DNA of 63,192 nt, counting the filler, from Globobulimina sp. (taxonomy: Eukaryota), in the NCBI GenBank assembly GCA_003354225.1. It is 40 parts of 40 records of this genome, joined end to end, with 100 filler letters (N's around TTAATTAATTAA, not from the genome) between each part and the next. Parts side by side here need not be neighbours in the genome. Positions count along the whole stretch, not along the records: positions 12,669 to 14,151 come from PIVH01015966.1; positions 14,252 to 15,734 come from PIVH01015967.1; positions 15,835 to 17,317 come from PIVH01015968.1; positions 17,418 to 18,900 come from PIVH01015969.1; positions 19,001 to 20,483 come from PIVH01015970.1; positions 20,584 to 22,066 come from PIVH01015971.1; positions 22,167 to 23,649 come from PIVH01015972.1; positions 23,750 to 25,232 come from PIVH01015973.1; 32 more parts are not named here. One strand, given 5' to 3'. The position numbers and the translations under genes were made by a program. The notes below the pieces were generated by a model, which worked only from the letters and a program-made list of their open reading frames with translations, did no database searches and was not told where the DNA came from. Positions 12,913 through 25,415 of this stretch are shown piece after piece. Within the stretch, counting starts at the first letter, position 1, and the number at the start of each line of letters is the position of its first letter.

Positions 12913-13169
12913 TATTGTAGCTGTTGAGCTACTTTGAAAAAATTTTATTAATCAAAAGCTGATGAAAATGAAAAGCCAGTAACAGTTTTTCTTCACTTTT
13001 TTCCTACATTTTATCTCAAACTTAATCGAGAGACAATTTGCGTTCAAAACCGCACCGTACACACAGATATAACTTTGTAAGTGTGATTTTTTGCAATGGA
13101 TGTGGATATGTAAGACATGGAATGGTTTTATGAAGGAACGTTAGATGTCTTTTATTTTGCATGCATATT

Positions 13170-14151
13170 TTATTCATGTGATTCTAAAAAGTTATTAATG
13201 TTAATAATACATTCTTTTATAGGTTTTGTAATCGTATCAACTGTTTCCCATTCAATCTCTTTCTCCTTATTCTCATTTCCATTTTTAATGTTTTCATTTG
13301 TTTCCTCGACCATAACTTTTATATTTTTCCATTGCCTTTCTACCATTTTATAGTATTTTAAAATTGACTTAAATTTCTTTTTATTTATAGCTAATTTCAG
13401 ATATTCATCATCAATCATCATAATATCTAATATAATTTGTGTTGTTTCGAATCCAATGTGCATCGAATCGATACCATTCCATTCGTACAACAATTCACTC
13501 CATGACCGTCTACATACATTTTCATCTTTATCCTCTTTGTAATATTTAATTAAAACATCAATAAATTCAACATTTTGACATAAAACCTCAACGTCGCTGT
13601 ACAATGTTTCCAGTATCAATCGTTGGCAGTCTTTGTTTGTTTTAATTGAATCCATTTTGAATAAATTTGCCAAAATATTATTAATATCCTGATTGTAACC
13701 ATTCATATCATGCACATAAATTAAATCAAATGCAAAATAATCCTCGCCGACATTAAAATTTTTAATATTGAACTGCATCAAACTATGCTGGCAATTTCGT
13801 ATTCGACCATGCAATCTCAATAATTCTTCAACGTTCAAATTTGTAACATCCAATTCTTGCCAACTTTCATCAACTGCCATTCTCATAATTTTCATAATAT
13901 CTTCACCATTTTCACCATATAATACATCATCCATTACCTGGTTACTTTTATTATTATCTGCTGCAATTATTTTACATCCAAAGTCCCAAAGTTTCTGCCA
14001 TTGAGAGCTAGAGAGAGAAACCACAGATTCTGTAATAAACTCACTGAGAAATCCAATTTGCTGCACTGATAATTGTTGTATTAAGTCACCAATTTCTGCT
14101 TTAAACTCAATACCAACACAATCCGACAATTGTATTAATTGACTAATCTCA
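13170..14151 (-). CDS. Hypothetical helical protein, 5' partial
   Basis: Long open frame (319 aa in the track). Confidence 0.6.
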
Positions 14152-15045
14152 NNNNNNNNNNNNNNNNNNNNNNNNNNNNNNNNNNNNNNNNNNNNTTAAT
14201 TAATTAANNNNNNNNNNNNNNNNNNNNNNNNNNNNNNNNNNNNNNNNNNNNTTAATTGGTATTGTCAGGTACAAATCACCATCATTACAAGCACTCAATC
14301 TCAAATTATCGCAAACACAATTCTATCATTTTTAACTGTTTCTATTCTCGCATAATCCATCCCGCATATTAATTACTACACTCTGCTCCATTCCTCGAAT
14401 AAAAACAACATTAATTATCAAACTATTATTTCCAATCCATATTATATACACCAATATGTTTTTAGCATACAATCTCCACTGGTGGCCATATTGCACTCAT
14501 CAAATATTATAAACATATGGATTACTAAACCCATTTGCCACTGATAAAACAATTAAAAACAGAGAGTTTATGATCTGTCCATATATTATGTTATATATCA
14601 GACATAATTTTAATAGTCAGCACAAACGTTCATACAATTATTGCCAAAATTAGTTCTTAGTTATACCCACAATTACATGAATCATGTGAAATGGACTAGT
14701 ATTATGACAATGGAAAAATAGTATCATTAATACAAACAATCATTCTCAAATATTTAAAATAAACATACCAAATTTTCTTAGGTTTCATTCTCATATAATT
14801 TGAAGGACATCTCCTCTGCGCACTCGTTTCATTCTCAAATAATTTGTAAGACTCGGAATGAGTCAAAACAAGCCATGGATGTCTCCTCTGCGCGTGTGTG
14901 ACTTTGTTAAATGAAAGAAATAGAAGATGGTGGATTGATAACAGTGAAGAAGCGAATATAAACGTAGAAGATACATTAATAAATTTCACAATTGAGTAAT
15001 ATCAAGGCCACAAAATTGAAGAGAAAAGAAACAATCATGTATTGA

Positions 15046-15560
15046 GTGAAACTTATAAAAAATATGGAAGTGAATGCGTTGGATTTAGGTGATGCTGAAT
15101 ATGGCTTGGAATTAAAAACAGTAAATACAGAGGTTATTACAAAATTTAAAAGTGTCTTTTTTTTGGGTCATTGGTCATTGGTACATTGGTATTTTGGTAC
15201 ATTGAGATTATTATTGCTATTTAATGCTAGCGCTCCAATGACTCATTGGTATATTGGTACATTGGTATATTGGACATTAAAATAGCAATAATATCGTTAG
15301 AATAATCTCAATGTACCAATATACCAATGTACCAATGACCAATGACCAATGACCAAAAAAAAGACACTTTTAAATTTTGTAATATTACATTGCACTTTGA
15401 ATCCAAGAATGAATGTCACGAATGGATAGCATACTTAGATTTTGCGGTGAATAATGAAACAGGTATCGATATCTTTAGTACTATGCATAAACAAAAATCA
15501 AATCTCGCATTAATGAATGATTTTGTACATGATACTGATGCTCATGATCAGAAAGAGACA
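15046..15560 (+). pseudogene. PH-domain C-terminal half interrupted by a MITE
   Basis: Removing the insertion gives YGLELKTVNTEV-ITLHFESKNECHEWIAYLDFAV, a PH-like terminal helix with the conserved Trp. Confidence 0.65.
15137..15382. mobile_element. 246-bp MITE/foldback with long terminal inverted repeats and TA target duplication
   Basis: TTACAAAATTTAAAAGTGTCTTTTTTTT... pairs with ...AAAAAAAAGACACTTTTAAATTTTGTAA. TA flanks at 15135-36 and 15383-84. Internal CATTGG/CCAATG arrays. Confidence 0.9.
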
Positions 15561-15834
15561 TACAGTACACGTTTCAGTTTTGGTAAATATAAGCTGTATC
15601 TCCATTTTGCCGAACGGGAAACTGTCGCGGATCCTTCCCTCCTGGTTTGAGGCATGCACATCATGACAGGCACGGCAGGTCCTGCCTTTTTTCTGCTGAA
15701 CATGAAGCTTATGTAAATTGATATCATAATTCCTNNNNNNNNNNNNNNNNNNNNNNNNNNNNNNNNNNNNNNNNNNNNTTAATTAATTAANNNNNNNNNN
15801 NNNNNNNNNNNNNNNNNNNNNNNNNNNNNNNNNN

Positions 15835-17210
15835 ATTTGAATGAAAAATTACTGTTGCTTCGGGAATCGCAAGATCACAACTACAAGTTCAGCTTGCATA
15901 CTCCACCGAATCTACAAGGAGTTTCTATATACAGATGTAACAGCTGCAATTTCGTAAAATATGGAGAAAGAAAGTCAGCTAAGAAGGGTGGACGCGATGA
16001 AGTACCAATAAACAAAGGCCCTGTACAGTACATACATGTACTTGGTGATGAAATCGTCGGTCAAACAGGGTCACATCACAGTCTGTGTCATCCATCAACA
16101 GACATTGAAATGGCTGTTGAACAACTGAAAAGAAAAGAACACGAAATGATCGAATCCGGAAACAGCACAGCATGGAACGTTAATATTCAGGTGCTGTAAC
16201 ATTAGCATTATGTGTATATACCATTGGTACGCAGGTACCAACATACGAAATTTCAGCCGAATCGGTTCACCCAAGTCAGAGTACGAAATCGCCAAAAATT
16301 TCGTGTCACGCGAAAATACGTTTTGCGATTTTTTACTCACAGTTGAGTGGACCGTTACTGCTGAATTTTTGCATGTTGGTACGTTCATACAACAGGTATA
16401 TCAGTGCAAAAATTCAGCCGAACCGGTTCACCCAAGTCAGAGTATGAAATCGCCAAAAATTTCGGGTCAAAAATTGCCAAAAGATTTTTATTGCAACATT
16501 GATTTTAGACACTGTATCACACTTTGGAAACAACAGCAATGGAGTTTGGTTTATCAATAAATGTCCTTAAATTGCATTTTCCAAGTTTCAATGTACGACG
16601 TCAGCCACTGCACAAACGAAAGAGGCGAAAAGCCCCTAAATACTTGGATCCATTTGAACCAGCAGTTTATAATGTCAAACCGGACAACAGCAAGTACAGT
16701 ACTTCCATAATAATGGCATAAATGTTGTCACGAAATTCGAATTGAATGAATGAATGAAACTTTTTACAACTTTTTTGGTAAAAAATGTTCGATTTTTGAC
16801 TAAATATTTTTCTTTCAGTTGGTTTTGTGGCAGTGATGAAGCCATGGGTATTCTTGTATTGGCGACCACGGAAGATTTGAATTATTTGAAACACTCTGAC
16901 AGTTGGGTGATGGACGGTACATTTGATATGGTACCGAAAGGCTTTAGTCAGATGTTTGTCATTCATGCCAAAGTGAGTTTTTCCACCATTACTGGTTGAA
17001 ATTCATTAAAATCTCCTTTTTCTGCAGATTGGTACAAATTATGGTCCAGTCATCCATGCTCTCATGAAAAGAAGGATGACAGAGGATTATGATCGTGTAT
17101 TTGAAATAATCATCGAAGCAGTTGGGGACCAATTAAGTCCATTGAGCATCATCACTGACTTTGAAAGACCAATGAGAAATTCAATTAGAAAAAATTTTCC
17201 TAAAACAAAA
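15835..17210 (+). mobile_element. Mutator-like (MULE) transposase with introns (e.g. 16973-17027)
   Basis: WVMDGTFDMVPKGFSQMFVIHAK|IG..PVIHALM..TEDYDRVF..IITDFERPMRNSI is a MULE DDE core. The upstream CxxC..H..H is FLYWCH/WRKY-like. Confidence 0.88.
16248..16464 (+). repeat. Two ~55-bp direct repeats inside the MULE intronic region
   Basis: TTCAGCCGAAYCGGTTCACCCAAGTCAGAGTAYGAAATCGCCAAAAATTTCG occurs twice. Confidence 0.85.
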
Positions 17211-17417
17211 GTAATATATGCATGATGTACATTGTACGGGGGGTTTTGGGTAATGGGTGGGGTTCAAAAATGGCCAAACCCCCCAGCGCCAATTTTGGCA
17301 CAATTTTTGAAATTTCGNNNNNNNNNNNNNNNNNNNNNNNNNNNNNNNNNNNNNNNNNNNNTTAATTAATTAANNNNNNNNNNNNNNNNNNNNNNNNNNN
17401 NNNNNNNNNNNNNNNNN

Positions 17418-18619
17418 TGATTGGCGCAAATTTGTTTTGAAACCGTAAAATATTAAAATAAATCAAATCCCATAAGAACCAGGAAATATTTAATGAGCAT
17501 CGAACCCACCACGGACATAACAAGAGAATGAATGGACCGATGAAGAAGACGCCAGGTATTACACAAAAAATATTATACAGCCATGAATTTCGTGGATCGC
17601 GGAAAGTTAATAAAGCGGTGACAATCAATGTGATTGCATTCATACTCATTATCATTAATGGTATTAACCAATGTAATGAGCCAAAGGGCCTTAAAGGATG
17701 AATGTGGTTAATTGAGGAGGTAATGGCTGAGGGAATTATTTTTGTGTAACCAACATCGATCAAACTTATCCAAAATATTAAGGAGGAAATTGCGGGAACT
17801 ATTAAACTGACTGTAATCAATATATTTAATTTAATTTGTATATTAAATAAGAAAAAGACTAAACTGATTGGAAAGGTAAGAATATCTCTTTCAATCTGGC
17901 CAATGCCCCAAAATAAAGAGGAAATACAAGTAATTGGAAAATAAATAATGGATAAAATAATAGCAAACAGCATCTGGAATATATTTACTTTGTTCACTCG
18001 TTTTATTTTATTACTAAATCTATATAAAATCCAAAACTCTTTCTTTTGTAACAAATATGAAGAATGTACGTTGTCGATTTGTTTATGTATATTAAATGTA
18101 TAAATACCAACATATGAAAATATACAAATTATACCAAATGTGATAAGAAACAACATCGCCAAAGGTAACAATGCAAATATTGTTACTTTAATGTTTTTAT
18201 TAGTTTTGACTGCAAACGATATCATTGTTGCAAACAAGGCATTGCTAGGACCATAATAATATGTGTATAATATAGAAATAATCAACGCGGTGCTTACAGC
18301 TCCACCAAAGATATAAATCAATGTTGCTTTGATTTGATTTTTTTTATATAAATCGATTATATTTTGAGGAATGCACTGTTTCCAAACTAAAATACAAATG
18401 CAAAATATTGGCGTGCCAGGCAGCAGTAATAATAATTGCATGCATAATACAATAATTGTTAATGGTTGACAACATTTATATTTCTCACAAATGATAATGA
18501 TGAAATATATAAGTGCTGAAATGATAATATGAAAGGATAAATAATACTAAAATAATAACAAATGGTTGTTGTAAAAATTCTGGTTTATCATCATTTGATG
18601 TTACGTGCACAGAACTCAT
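17418..18619 (-). CDS. Multi-pass membrane protein, 3' partial
   Basis: Long hydrophobic ORF; likely ATG near 18619. Confidence 0.65.
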
Positions 18620-19000
18620 TGTTAATAGCTCAGAAACAACCTCCTATAAAACCAATTGATTTTAAGTAATTAACTCAATCAGTTGCACTGCTCTCTTCAA
18701 AAAACTTTCGTTATCACTGTTAAAATTACGTAATATGTGACACTAACGCTGCTAGCACAAGGCAGTGACGAATAATAAATGTTCCAAGTTGATACAAATG
18801 ATCTAAACTTGTTTCTTATTGTATTAAATGTATATAGTGTTGATGAACGATCCGGACATCCGGTGTTGTAGCTGTACTGTAATTAACTGTATCAATTGAA
18901 NNNNNNNNNNNNNNNNNNNNNNNNNNNNNNNNNNNNNNNNNNNNTTAATTAATTAANNNNNNNNNNNNNNNNNNNNNNNNNNNNNNNNNNNNNNNNNNNN

Positions 19001-20420
19001 TAAACTATTCACGTTTGGACTTGCTTTACTCGATGCGTCATAAACTACATGAATTTTTGTTGTAGCTCTATCTGGTTTTATGACACAATGATGCGGTATG
19101 TAAAAAACTTTATCACTCCGAATCATATCATCTGTCACCTCTTCGATGATACCCAGTTTTAAATGCTCTTTGAATACCTCATCATATTTTTCTATCATTC
19201 CTGGGTGGGCCGATAATTTAGATAACAGTGAATTTAGTCTACCTAACGCCAATTTGTAATTATCTGGCAATTTATCCTGTCTACATTTATATGGATAGGA
19301 CACTTCATACCGTTTTTCATCCGGTTTAAATGTGACTGTATTGTTGAAATGCTCTTGCGCTATGTCATCATCAATCACCTGACCTGAATCCTTTATTCCT
19401 ATGTCTTTCAAAGACCATAGATTTTCCAAGTCCGGTTCAAAATCGTCGTTTATATTATGTGTTGTCAAGAAATTCATGACTTCCGTCGACTGTCCCATAT
19501 CACTAGACATGTCAGGGGTCAATCTTCCCGCCAAAATGTAACCAAATTTTGAATTTACTAATTGTAAATCTTTTATATGAATAATGTCTGACTGTTCAAC
19601 AATTTGATAGTAATATGCGTTGCTCATTAGCATATCTACTTCTACATCCTGTGTCTCTTTTATTAAAGGCTCTGCCATATATTTACCTTTTAACTCAATG
19701 TATTCATCAAGATTTAAGGCAACCTTTTTTATCAATCCCGTGACTTTGTCTTTTACATTTGCCTTTATAGTTTTGTATGTACCGTCTTTGAGCTTTACAT
19801 TTACGTGTACAATAGGGTATGTTTTTGTTTGAATTTCTCCTCCAAACCCTACTGTCGATACTGTCTCTTTTCCTTCGTAACATAAACCCAACCTTTTTGC
19901 AAAGTTTGTTGTAACAAAATCTCTTTGACTACCCGTGTCCATCAATATCCGACACTTTTTATCGTCATTATGTCCGACTCTTGTTGCATCAACATATGCT
20001 GTCGACAAAACTACCATTCCTGTAATCTGCTTGTCAGATACTTGTAAAACACCTGTATTATCACGAGGGATTTCTTTTACTGGTGTATCTCCATCAAATA
20101 TCGTTGTAACAGCAAATTTACATACACTACTATGATGCCTTGTTCTTTTACATTTATCGCAATATAGTTTTTGACACTCGTTCGGTAAATGCTTCGGTTT
20201 TAAACATGTCCAACAAAGTCCGTCTTCATTTTGTTTTTTACACCGTTGCTCATATGTCACGTATTTATCACACCTATCTGGTATATGTTTTCCATGACAA
20301 TAAGCACAATCATTTACATCTTGTGCTACTAATTGTTGCGTACGCGCCGGTACTGATGCGTTTTGATGTCGATTAGGGAAACTGTTATAACTATTCATTG
20401 GTCTATTGTTATTGTTTCTA
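19001..20420 (-). mobile_element. BEL/Pao LTR retrotransposon gag-pol fragment
   Basis: Three Cys/His knuckles (CAYCHGKH..C, CWTCLKPKH..C, CDKCKRTRHH..C), protease ILMDTGSQ, SKFGYIL and YIPHHCVIK..TTKIHVVYDAS. Confidence 0.93.
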
Positions 20421-20605
20421 TTGAAAACTGGGTATTAATGATATTTATGTTTATTGTAGAATAAAAGGAGCCTAACGGACGGTNNNNNNNNNNNNNNNNN
20501 NNNNNNNNNNNNNNNNNNNNNNNNNNNTTAATTAATTAANNNNNNNNNNNNNNNNNNNNNNNNNNNNNNNNNNNNNNNNNNNNCCATTCAATAAACCAAT
20601 TTCCT

Positions 20606-21144
20606 TTAGTTTAGATCATTGATATTTTTGGTGTTTTTTGATTTCATCACTTGTTTACCACAACTTTGAATTCTATCATTATGTTTGGATAATAAACTCG
20701 TAATAAATGCATCCCTTTGTTTTCTCATTGTGTTAGGTCCATCACCTTCGCATTTATGAGCATCGGTTGCTCTGTGTCTTAAACAAAATGATAAATTACA
20801 TTTATTGCACTCAAATTTTACCCATTCTCTTTTCTTACATTTTTTATAATTACATTTATGAATTGGTTTATTAATTTGCGTTTTTTTGTTTGTTTTTATC
20901 TTATTTTGTTCTGCTTGTTTTGCCTCATTTATTTCCTTTGATAAGTTTGGACATTCGTGCGATTTTTGTGAACGATGAAGTTTACAAAATTTATGCCTAC
21001 ACGAAGCGCAATCAAATGGTAAATATGTTTGTTGTCCACATAAATCATAATAACAATGAGCACCAATATCTTATTCGCCACATAAAAACACTTTGTTTCA
21101 AACTATACAAATAAAAATAAAACAAGCAAACCTGCAAATTCCAT
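20606..21144 (-). CDS. Double AN1 zinc-finger protein (ZFAND1/ZFAND2-like), intron 21070-21131; absent from the ORF track
   Basis: MEFA|DIGAHC..C...YLPFDC..C..FC..HR..HEC and C..KKC..FEC..C..FCLRHR..HKC. Confidence 0.88.
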
Positions 21145-21180
21145 CTTTAAAATTATTCTGAAAGTTTTTGAGCGAAAATT

Positions 21181-22066
21181 ATGGAGTTAAAAGAGGATGT
21201 AGATAACGAACTATCTCGTTATTTATGGTCGCTAGATAACGCATTAAACGGTTTAATCACTCTTTGCAATGGCAAACCAGAAATAGCAGAGCTAATAATT
21301 AAACAAGTCGATGCTAAACTAAATGTATGGACTCAACACACCACAAAAAAGCAGCAACACGAGGAAGAAAAACAGGCAATGCATTTGCAAGCAAAACCAG
21401 AGCAGAAAACAGTCATAAAATGGGGTGATTTCTCTGATGAAGACTCCGACGATAATAATAAGTATCTATTCCCTCAACCAACGGGACTATGTAAACCAGA
21501 CACAAACAGTAAGACTAATATTGATAATAATATACAAGAACAGAAACACGATGAGCCTCAAATGCCAAAACAAGCACAAATAAATGAGCAAAAAACAGCA
21601 AAAAAACCAGCATTGCAAAGACCGCCACAAAAAGAAGAAGCAAAACAAGCACCAAACGCACCACAAGAAGTGACTGAGATCGATGCGCAATTTCTAGATA
21701 TATCCAATATTAATATTCAACATATTTTAACCGCGCCATTGTTCATTGACGACACCAAGAAAGACATCGATATCACCGCACCGCCACAGCCACAGCCACT
21801 CCCAAAGGAGACCAATGATATAAAAACAGCGAAACCAAAAACAAAAACAAAGCCATTGACGTGGGCCCAACGCACCAAACCGCTGCACAAAAATAACAAT
21901 AAAAGCAATAAAAACAAAACTAACAACAATGGCTGGAGCAAAGTCTATCGTTCAAAGAAAAACAAGATCCAAAATAGAAACAAAAACCGCGCCAATATGT
22001 ACAACAAATCGCAGCAACAACGCTTGGAAGAAGCGCGCGAAAAAAAGAAATTGAAATTGCTGCAAC
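21181..22066 (+). CDS. Low-complexity K/Q/N/P-rich protein, 3' partial (possibly a retroelement ORF1)
   Basis: Long open frame; no domain recognised. Confidence 0.5.
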
Positions 22067-22166
22067 NNNNNNNNNNNNNNNNNNNNNNNNNNNNNNNNNN
22101 NNNNNNNNNNTTAATTAATTAANNNNNNNNNNNNNNNNNNNNNNNNNNNNNNNNNNNNNNNNNNNN

Positions 22167-22407
22167 GTTTGTTTTTAGTAATTCCATGATCAATACATAT
22201 TTGTTCCAATGTTCTTACTCGTCGCCGTAATCTTTTATTTATACTTAATATATATACCAAAATACTTATTATTATCCCCAATAAAAATAAACTAATGATA
22301 GTTGAAGTCTTCCACGCATTTTTTGATTTTGATCCTGATGGTACGTCTTCATTATCTCCAAATACAACTGATACAAAAAAAAATAATAAAGGTAGTTGTA
22401 TTTGCAT
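22167..22407 (-). CDS. Small type-I membrane protein, 3' partial
   Basis: Signal-like N-terminus, one TM helix, then a basic stop-transfer segment. Confidence 0.55.
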
Positions 22408-22653
22408 CTGCGTTATAATGTGCTTAATTTGGCTCTAATTATAAGTTAATTTCAAAATAATCTAATTTTGTGTGTGACGCTGGTATTATGTAAGCATACA
22501 GTTTTTACTTAAAGTTTTGAAGACGAATATAGAGCTAGGCAGTTGTTATAACTTTGCTGATAAAAAGTATAATTAAACTTATTTAAACGATCTCAAATTA
22601 AAGAACATTGAAAATAATTTTAAAATACAAACAATTCTCAAAAGTGTTAAATG

Positions 22654-23649
22654 TTAAAAGAATGGATTCCAACTTGGTGGCATCTGACAAATAACTCGTG
22701 TCGATGTCGCATCATTAACCATTTGCGTCACTCTTTCCATTGGTTCCACGTATTTCACATCTTTATTGTCAATAAAATTGCTATCATTTTGTTGTGTGTT
22801 GCTGTTATTATTGCTTGAATCATAATTTCTGAATGAAAATGGTGGTTCACCAAAAACCGGATAAGACAAAGTTTTTATTTTCTCCGCAATCGCACGCGAA
22901 TAATTATTCAATTCATTGATCCATTTAAAATCTTGATTTAATAAATTCCGATCTAATAATTGATACAAAACATGATTATTTGTTTGGAGATCTGGTGGGA
23001 AATTAACACCGTGCACATTCAATATGGATCTACGGGTCATTTCTAACTTTGCTTCGCGGAAATGTATATACATAAAATGTCGCAAATATTTCATATCATC
23101 ACAATCATTGTCGTTGTTCTGGTTGTTATCATTTTGTTTCTGTGGCCCCGGCGTATTATTAATGTTATGGTCATTGTTTTGGTTGATCATAACCGACGCC
23201 ATAATGGATAGTGACAATGTGAAATATGCGTCCAATAAATTGGGTTGTAACATATAATTCAAATTTGGTGTAATCCGCAAAGGAAAGGCATTGTTTGGCG
23301 GCGGGAATTGTTGTTGTTGTCGATTAAAAATATTCAAATTTGTGCCAAAATCACCGCGGCAAATTAACTCGCCCGTATCCATCCGAATAAAATATTGCTG
23401 CAATGATCGATTCTGCGTTTTCCAACATAACAACCACAAATTATGAAAAGCCAATGAGGCGGCAAACTTCTTTTTAAATTGAAATAACTCCGCCGTGGTA
23501 CAATGCAATTTGTACGATGAACCAATCAGACATTTTGCAATATAATCATCAAATATGTTTTGCGGGAAATATTCTTTCTGCATTGTGGTGAATATTTTCT
23601 CTCGTTCGAGCTCATAATTTTGGCTTTTCTTCTCGTGTAATTGCTGCAA
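22654..23649 (-). CDS. TRRAP: TRRAP/Tra1 PIKK pseudokinase C-terminus with FATC domain
   Basis: FKKKFAASLA, PLRITPNL and terminal CQMPPSWNPFF; the catalytic DRH/DFG motifs are degenerate. Confidence 0.8.
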   Translation of the reverse strand: MQQLHEKKSQNYELEREKIFTTMQKEYFPQNIFDDYIAKCLIGSSYKLHCTTAELFQFKKKFAASLAFHNLWLLCWKTQNRSLQQYFIRMDTGELICRGDFGTNLNIFNRQQQQFPPPNNAFPLRITPNLNYMLQPNLLDAYFTLSLSIMASVMINQNNDHNINNTPGPQKQNDNNQNNDNDCDDMKYLRHFMYIHFREAKLEMTRRSILNVHGVNFPPDLQTNNHVLYQLLDRNLLNQDFKWINELNNYSRAIAEKIKTLSYPVFGEPPFSFRNYDSSNNNSNTQQNDSNFIDNKDVKYVEPMERVTQMVNDATSTRVICQMPPSWNPFF

Positions 23650-23749
23650 NNNNNNNNNNNNNNNNNNNNNNNNNNNNNNNNNNNNNNNNNNNNTTAATTA
23701 ATTAANNNNNNNNNNNNNNNNNNNNNNNNNNNNNNNNNNNNNNNNNNNN

Positions 23750-24500
23750 CCACAGAGGTTACAGAATGAGTTGCTCTTGAAATTAAAACGATGCAAACGA
23801 AAAACTACAATCAAACGCAAATATTACGATTTAAAACAGTGGCGAAAAAATTCCGCGGATTTTTGCACCAAATTAGAACTCGAGAAGTTATTAATCTCGT
23901 TAGAATTAGGCGTTGATTTAGGTTTCGACCACGATGCTCCCCCTAAAATTCGCACAAAACTTCGGAATCCACCAGCTACCCCAGCAACTAGCATCGGTTT
24001 GTCAAAGACCGTTTTTAAATGGTATACAAAAGACCAGTTACTTGGCCCTTTTACGTATGCAGAAGCACAAAAATTAGGTGTCACCGTCAGTCCTATACAC
24101 GGGGTGCCGAAACCAGATGGTTCTATCCGCCCAGTGATTAACCATTCCTATCCAAAGAACCGTTTCCATGAATCCGTTAATGGACATATTAATGAAGACC
24201 TGTGTACTGTACAATATGTCAATCTCCAGTCCATTGTAGCAACCGTGCGCGGCGAGGGTCAAGGTGCATGGATTTGGACCCGTGACCTCGAGGATGGGTT
24301 CTTTAATTGTATACCTCGCAATGAACAGATGCGTTTCTTAGCCTTTTCCTGGGCCGGACTTGTATGGATCCCTACCGTCATGACCTTCGGTTTAAGTTCT
24401 GCACCGTTCCTATTTACCGATTTTATGAAAATGCCTATGAAGGGAATCCGTATGCTTAATCCCGCGATTTCCTATCGTCCGATCGATCCAAATGCCGATC
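23750..24500 (+). mobile_element. Tyrosine-recombinase retrotransposon (Ngaro/DIRS-like) reverse transcriptase fragment
   Basis: SPIHGVPKPDGSIRPVINHSYP..SVN, WTRDLEDGF and MTFGLSSAP; no YxDD in frame. Confidence 0.85.
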
Positions 24501-25070
24501 CAAAATTATATAAAACATTAATGTATAACGAGCCTGATGAGATGTGTGAGAATGAGGAGGCATTGATGGCGGAGATTGATGCGCTACATATCATAAAACG
24601 GAACAGTGTAAGTTGGCTCGCCGATAATTTACAAAACTTGACGTTTGGGCGCAGTTTGTGCCAACACGCATCTACTAAAAAAGACGGATGTGCCGTAAAA
24701 ACATGCCGCGATGATAAATCAAAATTGCATGTACGGCTATGGCCATATATCCATCAACGGACTTTTCGGAATCAAACCGAACAATGGCAACCATGGAATA
24801 GTTCGCCACGATGGAATAACGCGCCACGATGGAATAATTCCCGTGGACGTAGAGGTAGAGGAAGTCGCGGAAGGGGCCGCAGAGGAAGATATTAACAATT
24901 TACGGTTGATTGCGACAGCAAACCCAATACGAACCCAACAAAACATGTTGCACTTTATTTTTTTTACTTTGTTCGCTTTTTAGTGTGGGTGGGTTATATC
25001 TTTTATTTAAGTGTTAGTTTTTTGTTTACTTAACACCTTATCGTTTCTAAAATATCCTATTAAAATGTCC

Positions 25071-25232
25071 TATGCAGCTGAATTACATGACATTTTAGGA
25101 AGAAAATGTCATGTTTCAAGCACTCATAATCGACTATGATTATGTATCAATTGTATGCAGCTGAATTACATGACATTTTAGGAAGAAAATGTCATGTTTC
25201 AAGCACTCATAATCGACTATGATTATGTATCA
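25071..25232 (+). repeat. 83-bp tandem repeat, about 2 copies, runs to the contig end
   Basis: TATGCAGCTGAATTACATGACATTTTAGG... at 25071 and 25154. Confidence 0.9.
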
Positions 25233-25415
25233 NNNNNNNNNNNNNNNNNNNNNNNNNNNNNNNNNNNNNNNNNNNNTTAATTAATTAANNNNNNNNNNNN
25301 NNNNNNNNNNNNNNNNNNNNNNNNNNNNNNNNCGAAAAAATCAGTAAATGGTTGAGACTTTTAAAACATGCAGTTTTGTAATAATTTGCTATAATATTTA
25401 TTACAGTTTATCATA

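Noticed and set aside
7920-24895. Treating the recombinase, RT, BEL/Pao and MULE pieces as one composite system
   Set aside because: They lie on separate length-sorted contigs; adjacency is meaningless.
25071-25232. 83-bp duplication as CRISPR or circularity evidence
   Set aside because: No spacers and no match to the contig start; a simple tandem repeat.
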